Positions 16,173 through 25,882 of a DNA stretch of 64,000 nucleotides are shown here, in pieces. The notes beneath the pieces are model-generated. The model was not told where the DNA came from and searched no databases. It saw only the letters and a program-made list of their open reading frames with translations. The stretch is from an uncultured Candidatus Saccharibacteria bacterium (lineage in GTDB: Bacteria; Patescibacteriota; Doudnabacteria; UBA920): positions 65,420-129,419 of the forward strand of contig CAYYWQ010000001.1 of NCBI GenBank assembly GCA_964474825.1. Reading direction: 5' to 3'. Both the position numbers and the translations under genes were made by a program. Each line of letters starts with the position of its first letter. Positions within the stretch are counted from its first letter, which is position 1.

Positions 16173-17879
16173 ATGATTGACTTAAAAGAAATAAAAACAA
16201 AGCTACAGGGTGAAATTAAAACTGACGAACAGACGCTGCAAACTTACAGCCGCGACGCCAGTATTTTTGAAATTAAACCCCAGGCTGTAATAGTGCCAAA
16301 AAACACAGCAGACGTGCAAAGTATTGTTAAGTGGGCGGCTGAGAAAAAAGTAAAAAACCCGGACCTTTCTATTACCGCCCGCTCTGCCGGTACAGACATG
16401 GGCGGTGGCGCGGTTAATGATTCTTTAATTTTAGATTTCACCGGGCATTTTAATAAAATTATTAAAATTGACCCTGCTCCTTCTAGGCCGGTAGTTATAA
16501 AAGAGGGGGATCGTGTTGCCCCGGCCCACATACCCACCGCCGGGACCGCAATTGTTGAGCCTGGGGTTTTTTACCGTGACTTTGAAAAGGCAACGCTGGA
16601 AAAAGGTTTAATTTTACCCTGCTACACGGCCTCTAAAAGTTTAAACACAGTGGGAGGGATGGCGGCCAACAACAGCGCTGGGGAAAAAACTTTGTCTTAC
16701 GGCCAAACTAAAGATTATGTGGAAGAATTGGAAGTGGTGCTTTCGGACGGCAGCGTTTGTACTTTTGGGCAACTGGACAATCACGGGCTTGAGCAAAAAC
16801 TTAAGCTCACGACTTTGGAGGGTAATATTTACCGGAAAATTTTTGCTTTGATAAAAGATAACTATGAATTAATCCAAAAGTCCAAACCCAACACTTCCAA
16901 AAATTCTGCCGGGTATTTGCTTTGGGAAGTTTGGGATAAAGTTAATTTTAATTTAGCTAAATTAATTGTGGGCAGCCAGGGAACATTGGCGTTAATAACT
17001 AAAATTAAATTTGCTTTGGTTAAGCCTAAGCCAAAGAGTGAATTATTGGTCATATTTTTAAAAGATTTAAAACAGCTGGGCGATATAGTTCATACTGTGG
17101 TGCAGTTTGGGCCGGAAAGTTTTGAAAGTTTTGACGACCATACTTTTAATTTGGCTATTCGGTTTTTGCCCGGGCTGCTTAAAAAAATGAAGGGCGGGAT
17201 TATTCATTTGGGGCTGCAGTTCTTGCCGGAACTTTGGATGACTCTAACAGGTGGAGTGCCTAAATTAATTTTAATTGCGGAATTTACAGGAGAGAGTGAA
17301 TACTCTGCCAGAAAGCCAATGCTGGAAGCGCAAAAAATAGTGGAAGAAAAATTTGGCCTTAAAACACATATTACAAAAAATGAAGACGAAGCCCAAAAAT
17401 ACTGGGTAATTCGCCGGGAAAGTTTTAGCTTATTGCGCCAGCACGTAAGCGGGCTCCACACAGCCCCTTTTATAGACGACATTGTGGTGCATCCTAAAGA
17501 TTTGCCTCAGTTTCTTCCAAGGCTCAATACAATTTTAGCTAAGTACCCCAAATTAATTTACACCATTGCCGGACATATGGGTGACGCTAATTTCCATATT
17601 ATCCCTTTAATGGATTTAAAAGATGCCAGCCAGAGAATGATAATTCCCAAGCTTTCTGAAGAGGTTTATAATTTGGTTTTGGAATACCACGGCAGCATAA
17701 CAGCGGAACATAATGACGGGCTTATTCGCACGCCATTTTTGGAAAAAATGTACGGCGTTAAAATGTATGACTTGTTTAAGCAGACCAAGCAGATTTTTGA
17801 CCCCCAGAATATTTTTAACCCGCGCAAAAAAGTTGGAGCTACTTGGGAGTATGTAATGGAGCATGTGAGCAAAAAATAG
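16173..17879 (+). CDS. FAD-binding oxidoreductase (GlcD / D-lactate dehydrogenase family)
   Basis: RSAGTDMGG, GSQGTL, EHNDG and FDPQNIFNP motifs. Confidence 0.9.
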   Translation: MIDLKEIKTKLQGEIKTDEQTLQTYSRDASIFEIKPQAVIVPKNTADVQSIVKWAAEKKVKNPDLSITARSAGTDMGGGAVNDSLILDFTGHFNKIIKIDPAPSRPVVIKEGDRVAPAHIPTAGTAIVEPGVFYRDFEKATLEKGLILPCYTASKSLNTVGGMAANNSAGEKTLSYGQTKDYVEELEVVLSDGSVCTFGQLDNHGLEQKLKLTTLEGNIYRKIFALIKDNYELIQKSKPNTSKNSAGYLLWEVWDKVNFNLAKLIVGSQGTLALITKIKFALVKPKPKSELLVIFLKDLKQLGDIVHTVVQFGPESFESFDDHTFNLAIRFLPGLLKKMKGGIIHLGLQFLPELWMTLTGGVPKLILIAEFTGESEYSARKPMLEAQKIVEEKFGLKTHITKNEDEAQKYWVIRRESFSLLRQHVSGLHTAPFIDDIVVHPKDLPQFLPRLNTILAKYPKLIYTIAGHMGDANFHIIPLMDLKDASQRMIIPKLSEEVYNLVLEYHGSITAEHNDGLIRTPFLEKMYGVKMYDLFKQTKQIFDPQNIFNPRKKVGATWEYVMEHVSKK

Positions 17880-17934
17880 TTGAAAGTTTATAAAGTTCAT
17901 AAAGTTGAAAGTTGGGACAAAAAATCCTAAAGTT

Positions 17935-18585
17935 ATGGAATATCAATTAATTCGCAGCCGCAGGAGGACTGTGGCTTTGGTAATTAACAGGCAGGGGCAG
18001 TTAGTGGTAAGGGCTCCCGGCAGAGTTGGCGTTTCGGAAATTGAAAGGTTTATTTTACAAAAACAGGCTTGGATTGTTAAACATCAGCAAAAGTTGTTGT
18101 CTAATCCGTCTCCCATAAAACAATATATAGAGGGGGAGAAGTTTTTGTTTTTGGGACAGGAATACCCTTTACGTTTGGTAAACGGCCGGGGTAAGGCTGT
18201 GGTTTTATATGACAAAGAATTTTTACTGCCCGCCGTATTGGCGGGAAAAGCCAAGCGTTTGTTTGAACAATGGTATAAAAAACAGGCGCAAGATTTATTG
18301 CCAAAGCGCGCGGCCGTGTTTGGACCGCGTATGCAGGTTAATTATAGAGCAATTAAAATAAGCAGCGCCAAAACCCGTTGGGGAAGCTGTAGTGCTTCGG
18401 GCAACATTACTTTTTCCTGGCGGCTTATTACCGCGCCTTTGGAAGCAGTTGACTATGTTGTGGTCCATGAGCTGGCGCATTTGGTCCACCGTAACCATTC
18501 CCGGCAGTTTTGGGCCTTGGTTGAAAAGTTTTGTCCGCATTATAAAGCCATAAGAAAAAATTTGAACAGCAGGGCTAAATTTTAG
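17935..18585 (+). CDS. YgjP/DUF45-like M48-type metallopeptidase family protein
   Basis: RSRRRT N-terminus, RWGSCS, YVVVHELAH and NHS motifs. Confidence 0.9.
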   Translation: MEYQLIRSRRRTVALVINRQGQLVVRAPGRVGVSEIERFILQKQAWIVKHQQKLLSNPSPIKQYIEGEKFLFLGQEYPLRLVNGRGKAVVLYDKEFLLPAVLAGKAKRLFEQWYKKQAQDLLPKRAAVFGPRMQVNYRAIKISSAKTRWGSCSASGNITFSWRLITAPLEAVDYVVVHELAHLVHRNHSRQFWALVEKFCPHYKAIRKNLNSRAKF

Positions 18586-18732
18586 GTTGCAAACCATTTG
18601 ACAGTAGTGTTATAATTAGAACATAAAAGCCTGCACTGCCCGAAAGTAGGGTACCATCAGACTGAATAAAATAAAAAAAGCTTTAAACTAAAACAAGCTT
18701 TGTTTTTTGCGGACGCAAATTAAATTTACCCC

Positions 18733-19155
18733 ATGCTTTATTTCGCTTACGGTTCAAATATGAATATTGCGCATATGCGCCGAATGTGCGGCTGGAATTG
18801 CCGGCCTCTTGGCGCGGCTTTGCTAAGGGGTTTTGAATTTGGTTTTGACTTAAGGGGCTATAATAATGTCCGTCCCAATAATAGCGAGCAGACTTGGGGA
18901 GTTTTATTTGAGATTAACGAAGCAGCGCTGGCAACCATGGACCAGTTTGAAGGGTATCCGAATGTCTTTAACCGCCAAGAAGTTGAGGTTACCGACAACA
19001 GTGGTAAAAGTATGACAGCGTGGATGTATTTTCAGCCTGAGGACCAGTTTGGTGGTAAGCATGCCAAACCCGAACATTTAAAGGGGATTTTAATTGGTGC
19101 CCGCGAAAACGGATTGCCCGAGGAGTGGATAGGCAAGCTAGAAACTTTTTTTTAA
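18733..19155 (+). CDS. Gamma-glutamylcyclotransferase family protein
   Basis: YFAYGSNM and DQFEGYP motifs. Confidence 0.9.
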   Translation: MLYFAYGSNMNIAHMRRMCGWNCRPLGAALLRGFEFGFDLRGYNNVRPNNSEQTWGVLFEINEAALATMDQFEGYPNVFNRQEVEVTDNSGKSMTAWMYFQPEDQFGGKHAKPEHLKGILIGARENGLPEEWIGKLETFF

Positions 19156-19237
19156 AACCGCATAATTTGAGTTACCGCCTTCGAGCGGATTTTTTTTCGC
19201 TAATGATTTTTCTCAGGAATTGGATTATAATCATATT

Positions 19238-19441
19238 ATGATACGAAAAATATTTAAAACCGGACATTCAGCCGCGGTTACCATTTCGGGCAAGCTTTTG
19301 TCGCAAATGGGTTTAAAAATGGGGGACGATGTTAAAATAGAAAGTACCGGGGAAGGTGTTCTAACCATAAAACCGGCCAAGCGCCAAAACCAACTGACTT
19401 TAGATTTAAAAGTCCGCCCTAAATTGGGGGCAAAAAATTGA
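19238..19441 (+). CDS. AbrB/MazE/SpoVT family DNA-binding protein
   Basis: RKIFKTGHSAAVTI..LKMGD pattern. Confidence 0.85.
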   Translation: MIRKIFKTGHSAAVTISGKLLSQMGLKMGDDVKIESTGEGVLTIKPAKRQNQLTLDLKVRPKLGAKN

Positions 19442-19442
19442 A

Positions 19443-20954
19443 ATGAATAGACTTTGGAAAATTTTGTGGGCAGCGGCATTTGTGGCGGCCGGAATGGCCG
19501 TGTTTTTTTATTTTCCTAAGCCGCAAAAAATATTGCCAATCCCAGTAGATACCAATTCACATTACTCATATTTTTCCCAAAAAGAGTTTTATGAGGAGGC
19601 TTACAAGGCGGCTAAGCCAAACCGGAATAATATTAGCAGCGGGGAAATTAAAGGCATAATAGTTAACCATCATTTGCTTGCCTCATCATTCATTGCTGAA
19701 GCCTTTAATACAGTGGCTACTACCGCGCCTATTACTGTTTTGTTAATTAGTCCAAATCACTTTGACGCCGGCAGAGCAGATGTTATAACTTCAGCGAAAA
19801 ATTGGCAAACTCCTTACGGGGTTTTGGAGGCAGACACAGAGCAGGTGAACTTGCTGACTGCGTCCGGTTTAGCAAGTGTTGAGGAATCCCCATTTGAACA
19901 GGAGCATGGAGTTAGCGGGATTGTGGGGTTTATAAAAAAGTCTTTGCCAAACAGCAAAGTTGTGCCGTTGATTTTTAAGAACAGAATTAAGCTTCCACAG
20001 ATCCAAAGTTTGGTAAATAGTTACGTTCAGCCAGCTGAAAAAAATGTTTTGGTAGTTGGTTCCTTTGACTTCTCGCACTACTTAACATCGCGCGGAGCGG
20101 ATTTCCATGATATTGAAAATTTGTCTACCGTGGAAAGTTTTAATTTTGGCAGCATTTATAATTTGGACATAGATTCCCGGCCGGGCTTGGCTTTCTTTTT
20201 ACAGCTCCTACAGAATAGCGGCAACCAAAATTTTCATCTTTTGGAAAATTCCAATTCTTCCAAGCTGGCAAAACAGGATGTTTTAGAAACCACTAGCTAT
20301 ATAACTGGCTATTTTACCAAAGGCAAGCCTGTAACAAACCCGGCTGATACAGCGTTAATATTACCGCCTATTGTATCATCACGAAATGCCGGAGAGTCAC
20401 TTAATCGTAACAATAAAGCTTGGTCCGTGGAATACTTGGAACGGTTGTTTTATGGCCAGGACAAAACTATTACTTATGTGGAGGGTAATAAAAGTTTAGT
20501 AGAGCCTCTGCTGAAGAAATATAGTTTTACTGATTTAGTAAGTAAAGATCAAAAGGTTGCTGTTGGTAACTATGAGATCCAAATTTTACTAAAACCTAAT
20601 CAGGCAACATTACAAAAGGCAATTGATCAAGGCGCAGACGCCGTTGTGCAGTATAAAGCTTCCGCGGATAGTGTTAGTTTTTATAAAGGCAAGCCAGTGG
20701 TAAGTATTAGTCGTGATTTCTTGTCAGATGACACCCTAAAAAGTGGGGGAACTGGCCTGGCTTATGGCTTGGCCTGGCAAAATAACCGGGTCAGCATAAC
20801 TATATTGCCAATTGGCATCAATGGCGGCCGCGCAAAGTTGCTTATTGGAAATGACGGTGTTAAGATATTAGAAGAACTAGCGCTAAAATCTTCGGTATAT
20901 GAAGAAATAAAAAAACAGATCGGCCAGGGCATTATTAAAATCAATAATAACTAA
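19443..20954 (+). CDS. AmmeMemoRadiSam protein B (MEMO1-like), TM-anchored, with a degenerate CapA-like C-terminus
   Basis: IVNHH, SPNH, EHG and DFSHY motifs; AIDQGADAV..YKGKPV resembles CapA. Confidence 0.75.
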   Translation: MNRLWKILWAAAFVAAGMAVFFYFPKPQKILPIPVDTNSHYSYFSQKEFYEEAYKAAKPNRNNISSGEIKGIIVNHHLLASSFIAEAFNTVATTAPITVLLISPNHFDAGRADVITSAKNWQTPYGVLEADTEQVNLLTASGLASVEESPFEQEHGVSGIVGFIKKSLPNSKVVPLIFKNRIKLPQIQSLVNSYVQPAEKNVLVVGSFDFSHYLTSRGADFHDIENLSTVESFNFGSIYNLDIDSRPGLAFFLQLLQNSGNQNFHLLENSNSSKLAKQDVLETTSYITGYFTKGKPVTNPADTALILPPIVSSRNAGESLNRNNKAWSVEYLERLFYGQDKTITYVEGNKSLVEPLLKKYSFTDLVSKDQKVAVGNYEIQILLKPNQATLQKAIDQGADAVVQYKASADSVSFYKGKPVVSISRDFLSDDTLKSGGTGLAYGLAWQNNRVSITILPIGINGGRAKLLIGNDGVKILEELALKSSVYEEIKKQIGQGIIKINNN

Positions 20955-20965
20955 ACAATTTATTT

Positions 20966-22771
20966 ATGGACCAACCACAAGACCCAAACCAAATTTCGCC
21001 AACCCAGCAGCAGCCACAGTCACCGCAGCAAATGCATGTCTTTACTCCGGCCAAGCGTAATAACATGGTTTTAGGAATTATTATTGCCGCGGTTTTGGTT
21101 ATTGCGGGCGGGGCTTTTGCTTTTTGGCAATACCAGGCAAAGAATAATGACGGCAATCTTGCAAATGAGAACAATGGTAACCAGGTAGTGCCAACACCCA
21201 CAGAATCACCGGATGACTCAACCCCGGGAGGAGACTATATGGGCACGCCCCCTGTATGTAAAAATTCGGGACCAATTTTAGCCAGTAAATCCGGAACGGT
21301 GGAGTGGGGAAAGCCGGAAATAGTGGAAGGCTTGGTTTTATTCGGCTCAACAACACCGGAGAGTATTTATGGGGGGGAGAGCAGCAGGCTAGTTGGCCAT
21401 TTTGTTTCCGGAAAGTATGGAGGAGGCGACTTGTTAATGACAAGCGTGAATTGGAACGAGCCTGGTGGTCCGTCTTGGTTTTTTGTTGTGAAGCAGGGTA
21501 ATGTATTTACTTTTTTAAATAAATATTCGGACCCATTGCCAAACTCTTCAGATACAAAGCCCAAGGTTAATTTAGTTGAAGACAAGGAATTTAGTTTGGT
21601 TGATTTGGATTTTCCCCAAACTTTGCATTCTACAAATCCGGTGGCAGATTTTACCTTGGCTACAAATTTAGGGTTCTATAAGAATGGCACTGAAATTTTT
21701 TGCGCTGACCATTATGTTAAAGTATTTACCGACCCCACCGTGGGAGATGTGTATACCGATGCCGGTACGGAAACAATCGGAACTGGCCCTTATGCTTATG
21801 CCCCAAAATTTGGCTTTTATGTAAAGGCCCCAACCGGTATGCAGCTGTCGTATAAGTTAGACGTAAGTTTTGCCGCCGCAAACAAGGTTCCCTTGCTTAC
21901 TTGGGACAAGGGGCAAAAAAATTCTTTGGAATATTCCTTCCAGCATATTGGCGGTTGCGGGGTTTCCCAATTTTTGGATATTGTTAATATCGACCAATCT
22001 GCTTTAACCCAAATTGGCAGCACTTTTGACGGCCAAGCGGTTTACGGTTACAAAGACGGCAATTCCCAGGAACTGAAAGATATGTACGACAGCATTTATG
22101 TGGAAGAGGGGAAAACCAAACCCTCTTACAATACTTTTTTGGCAGACCACCCAATATTTTTCTGGAAAGACCAATTTGGCCAGTTTGTCAGGTTTAAAAT
22201 AATGAAATACCAGCCTTTGGCTGAATGCGGCAAGCCTGTAATTTATTTGTACCCCGAAACAACACAAAAAATTTCCGTAAAATTAAATCCTGTTGGCGGG
22301 TTTACAAAGTCTGAGCCGGCTTACAATAGCGGCTGGAATGTAATTTCCGACCCCCTGAGCAACATTACTAACCTGGCCGACGGAATAGTTTACCCATATT
22401 TATTCTGGGAAGGCCGAGGGGGGATGTACCAAACTCCGGAAAAAGGTTTTGTTATAGCCAAGGCAGAAGTCCATTCGTTTTTGGTGGAAAAACTTAATAA
22501 GATGGGATTAAACGACAAAGAGACTGCGGACTTTATGGAATTTTGGGAACCAAAAATGCAAAGCTCCCCGTATTATTTTGTGACCTTTATGGGAAATAAT
22601 ATTATGGACCAGTTGGCTCCACTATCAATAACCCCCAAACCGGACACAGTTATTCGTATACTTATGGATTTTACTCCGCTGGAACATCCAATTACAGTTG
22701 AAGGTTTTAAAATCCGCACTCCTGTGAGAAAAGGCTTTACTGTTGTGGAGTGGGGTGGGGTATTAAGATAG
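20966..22771 (+). CDS. Membrane-anchored protein with a C-terminal KPVIYLYP...VVEWGG domain
   Basis: TM segment; CGKPVIYLYP, YPYLFWEG and GFTVVEWGG conserved-hypothetical motifs. Confidence 0.8.
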   Translation: MDQPQDPNQISPTQQQPQSPQQMHVFTPAKRNNMVLGIIIAAVLVIAGGAFAFWQYQAKNNDGNLANENNGNQVVPTPTESPDDSTPGGDYMGTPPVCKNSGPILASKSGTVEWGKPEIVEGLVLFGSTTPESIYGGESSRLVGHFVSGKYGGGDLLMTSVNWNEPGGPSWFFVVKQGNVFTFLNKYSDPLPNSSDTKPKVNLVEDKEFSLVDLDFPQTLHSTNPVADFTLATNLGFYKNGTEIFCADHYVKVFTDPTVGDVYTDAGTETIGTGPYAYAPKFGFYVKAPTGMQLSYKLDVSFAAANKVPLLTWDKGQKNSLEYSFQHIGGCGVSQFLDIVNIDQSALTQIGSTFDGQAVYGYKDGNSQELKDMYDSIYVEEGKTKPSYNTFLADHPIFFWKDQFGQFVRFKIMKYQPLAECGKPVIYLYPETTQKISVKLNPVGGFTKSEPAYNSGWNVISDPLSNITNLADGIVYPYLFWEGRGGMYQTPEKGFVIAKAEVHSFLVEKLNKMGLNDKETADFMEFWEPKMQSSPYYFVTFMGNNIMDQLAPLSITPKPDTVIRILMDFTPLEHPITVEGFKIRTPVRKGFTVVEWGGVLR

Positions 22772-22777
22772 ATTAAA

Positions 22778-23347
22778 ATGAAAAAAATAGTAATTGTTAT
22801 TGTCATAGTTGTTATTGTGGTTTTGATTGGCATAATTTATTTTCGTTCCGGAAATAAAACTGTTACATACACCAATCAACCCAACCAAACTAATACAAAC
22901 ACGCCTATGAAAATTTCCAGCCCGGCTTTTGTTTCAGGGGAAGCCATTCCAAAAAAATATACCTGTGACGATATTGGCGTTAATCCGCCTTTGGAAATTT
23001 CCGATGTGCCAGCGCAGGCCCAGAGTTTGGCTTTAATTATAGACGACCCCGACGCGCCGGCCGGTACTTGGACGCATTGGGTAGTATGGAATATACCGCC
23101 GGACACCAAGACAATAGCGGAAAACAGCGTGCCTCCCACGGCAACCGTGGGTCAAGCCAGCAGCGGACAAAATGTTTACGGGAGCCTCTGCCCTCCTTCC
23201 GGCATACACCACTATTATTTTAAACTTTACGCCTTACCTAACAAGTTAACCTTGTCTTCTTTTTCGGACGTAGCGGTTTTGCAAAAAGCCATGGACGGAA
23301 ATGTAATTGCGACAGCTGAGTTAATGGGAACTTACAGCAGGCCATAA
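22778..23347 (+). CDS. YbhB/YbcL family (PEBP / Raf kinase inhibitor-like) protein
   Basis: DDPDAP..WTHWVVWNI and CPPSGIHHYYFKLYAL motifs. Confidence 0.93.
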   Translation: MKKIVIVIVIVVIVVLIGIIYFRSGNKTVTYTNQPNQTNTNTPMKISSPAFVSGEAIPKKYTCDDIGVNPPLEISDVPAQAQSLALIIDDPDAPAGTWTHWVVWNIPPDTKTIAENSVPPTATVGQASSGQNVYGSLCPPSGIHHYYFKLYALPNKLTLSSFSDVAVLQKAMDGNVIATAELMGTYSRP

Positions 23348-23435
23348 TTAAGAGTTTTCAAATTAAAGGAACTATTTCGATAGTTCCTTTTTTTGTGGTA
23401 TAATATAGGTCAAATAGGAAACTTTTGAAAGAAAA

Positions 23436-25253
23436 ATGCCAGTAAAAATCATGTCTAAAAATACGGGATTTACTCTAATTGAAGTCATTGTGACTTTGGC
23501 AATTTTTGCGCTGCTTTTGACTACGGCTTTAAGCGTATCTTCCGCATTAACTCAGTCAGTAAAAGCTTCCCGCCAAAAAACTATTATTGCTTCTTTGGCC
23601 GACAATTATATGGAAATAATGCGCAATATGCCTTACAGCCAAATTGGCACTGTGCATGGTAACCCGGTTGGGACTTTGGCGGATTGCAACGGCACGCCGC
23701 CCGCTTGTCCGGGTGCTACGCAAACTACCGTAGAAGGCCAGCTCTATAAAATTTTCTATGAAGTTACGTACATAGACGACCCGGCAGACGCGCTTGCCAC
23801 TACAGACGTTGCGCCGGCAGATTATAAGCAGGTTAAACTAACAATTCTAAACACCCAAACGGGCGGTTTTACTAATTTTGTAACAACTGTGGTGCCAAAG
23901 GGTTTGGAAAACACCAATAACGCCGGAGCGCTTTCCATTAACGTAATTGATTATTTGGGACAGGCTGTGCCTGGAGCTATTGTTACAATACAATCACCAC
24001 CTACGAGTCCTACTATGAACCTGTCCCGCACCAGCGACTCCAGCGGAAATTGGATTGAAGTTGGTTTACCTGCCGGGGTGAACAGTTACCGCGTAACCGT
24101 AACCAAGGGCGGGTATTCCACAGACCTAACTTACCCCAGCACTGTTTCAAACCCCAACCCTGTAAACCCTGACGCGACTGTTATTAATGGCCAGGCCACG
24201 CCCATAACTTTTGCTATAGACTCGTTGGCAAATTTAACGGTTAACACCGTGGACCAGTTTTGCGCCCCTATTAACGGAGTTAACGTGAACATTACAGGAG
24301 CTAAGCCAGTCGGCACTAACCCAAGTGTTTATAAATTCAACCAAAATTTTACTTCGTCGGGTGGAGCCGTGGCTTTAAACAGTGCTGAGTGGGATACCTA
24401 TACGCCCACACTGCTTACCGGGCAAACTTATGTAATTGCCGGTACGTCGCCAATACAAAAAATTGATGTCCTTCCCACTACCTCCCAAACTTTTACCATG
24501 GTGCTAAACGCTTCTACAACCGGCAACACTTTGCTGGCCATAGTAAAAGATGCGGCAACGGGAGCGGCTTTGGAAGGGGCTACTGTAACGCTTAGCGGCC
24601 CGAGTTATCCGGCCAATGCGCTTATCACCGGAGGCAGTGTGTGGGTGGAGACAGATTGGAGCCATGGCGCGGGGCAGGCCATGTTTAACGACGGGGACAC
24701 TTTAAAATATTGGACCGATGACGGGAATATAAACAACACCAGTCCCAGCGGACAAATCCAGCTCAGGAAAACTGGCAGCAATTATTCTCCCGCCGGCTGG
24801 CTGGAATCTTCCACTTACGACACGGGGACCAGCGCTACCCAATTTACAAATATTACCTGGCAGCCGCTTTCTCAGAATGCCAATACAGTTTTAAAATTTC
24901 AGCTAGCTTCCAATAATGACAACACCACCTGGGACTACGTCGGTCCCGACGGTACAGCCGCAACTTACTATACGGTTTCCGGGACTTCCATGAGTGCTAA
25001 TTTGAACAGTAAACGTTATATTCGCTACAAAGCTTTTTTGTCTACAACCAACAGTTCTTTTACGCCGGTACTTACTTCGCTTAACATTAATTACGTTTCG
25101 GGCTGCAGGACTCCTGGCCAAGTGTTGTTTAATAACAGTTTGCCCCAGGGCAGTTACACTTTAACCGTTTCCATGACCGGCTATTCCACACAAACGTTTA
25201 ATAACCTAAATATTAGCGGGAACCAAACGCTTACAGTGCAAATGGCACCATGA
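23436..25253 (+). CDS. Large prepilin-type protein with carboxypeptidase-regulatory-like domains
   Basis: GFTLIE N-methylation motif; beta-rich repeats. Confidence 0.85.
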   Translation: MPVKIMSKNTGFTLIEVIVTLAIFALLLTTALSVSSALTQSVKASRQKTIIASLADNYMEIMRNMPYSQIGTVHGNPVGTLADCNGTPPACPGATQTTVEGQLYKIFYEVTYIDDPADALATTDVAPADYKQVKLTILNTQTGGFTNFVTTVVPKGLENTNNAGALSINVIDYLGQAVPGAIVTIQSPPTSPTMNLSRTSDSSGNWIEVGLPAGVNSYRVTVTKGGYSTDLTYPSTVSNPNPVNPDATVINGQATPITFAIDSLANLTVNTVDQFCAPINGVNVNITGAKPVGTNPSVYKFNQNFTSSGGAVALNSAEWDTYTPTLLTGQTYVIAGTSPIQKIDVLPTTSQTFTMVLNASTTGNTLLAIVKDAATGAALEGATVTLSGPSYPANALITGGSVWVETDWSHGAGQAMFNDGDTLKYWTDDGNINNTSPSGQIQLRKTGSNYSPAGWLESSTYDTGTSATQFTNITWQPLSQNANTVLKFQLASNNDNTTWDYVGPDGTAATYYTVSGTSMSANLNSKRYIRYKAFLSTTNSSFTPVLTSLNINYVSGCRTPGQVLFNNSLPQGSYTLTVSMTGYSTQTFNNLNISGNQTLTVQMAP

Positions 25254-25882
25254 AAAAAAATCTAAATTCTAAATTCGAAATTCGAAATTCCGGTTTTACC
25301 TTGGTGGAAATGCTGGTGGCAATTTTTTCTTTTACTTTAATTTCCGCCGGTATGATTGGTTTAATTTCAGTAATGTTTACCACTTACAAGCAGCAGGGTG
25401 GACTTCTTTCCGACCAGGACCAGGCGCGCAAGGTGGCTTTTAATATTATGGCGGAATTGCGTAACTGCCAAACATCTTCTTTAGGTTCTTACGCCATAGA
25501 AACGGCGCAAGACCAGCAGTTAACTTTTTATACCAATGTAGACAGCGACAATGCCATTGAAAAAATTCGTTACTTTGTACAAACTTCCCAGTTGTGGAAG
25601 GGTGTTACCAAGCTTAGCGGCGGCAGCTATAATCCGGCAAACGAAGTAAAAACCATGGTCCAGAATAATTTAGCCAACGGGGCCGCCCCATTGTTTTATT
25701 ATTATGACGGCAGTTACACCGGCACCCAAGCAGCGCTGACCCAGCCTGTGTCAGTGGCTAACATAAAGTTTGTGGTACTCAAGCTCATGGTTTACAATAA
25801 AGCGGGAGTGAAAAACACCAACACTTATACTGTAACGGCCAGCGGCGCTGTGCGTAATTTAAAAACAAACCTTGGACAATGA
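25250..25882 (+). CDS. Minor pilin / pseudopilin (PilW/PulJ-like)
   Basis: GFTLVE motif; overlaps both neighbours. Confidence 0.85.
   Translation: MKKNLNSKFEIRNSGFTLVEMLVAIFSFTLISAGMIGLISVMFTTYKQQGGLLSDQDQARKVAFNIMAELRNCQTSSLGSYAIETAQDQQLTFYTNVDSDNAIEKIRYFVQTSQLWKGVTKLSGGSYNPANEVKTMVQNNLANGAAPLFYYYDGSYTGTQAALTQPVSVANIKFVVLKLMVYNKAGVKNTNTYTVTASGAVRNLKTNLGQ

Noticed and set aside
18625-18720. Possible riboswitch upstream of the GGCT gene
   Set aside because: Only short weak stems and no recognisable aptamer consensus
19238-19441. Type II toxin-antitoxin pair
   Set aside because: No adjacent PIN, MazF or Doc toxin gene
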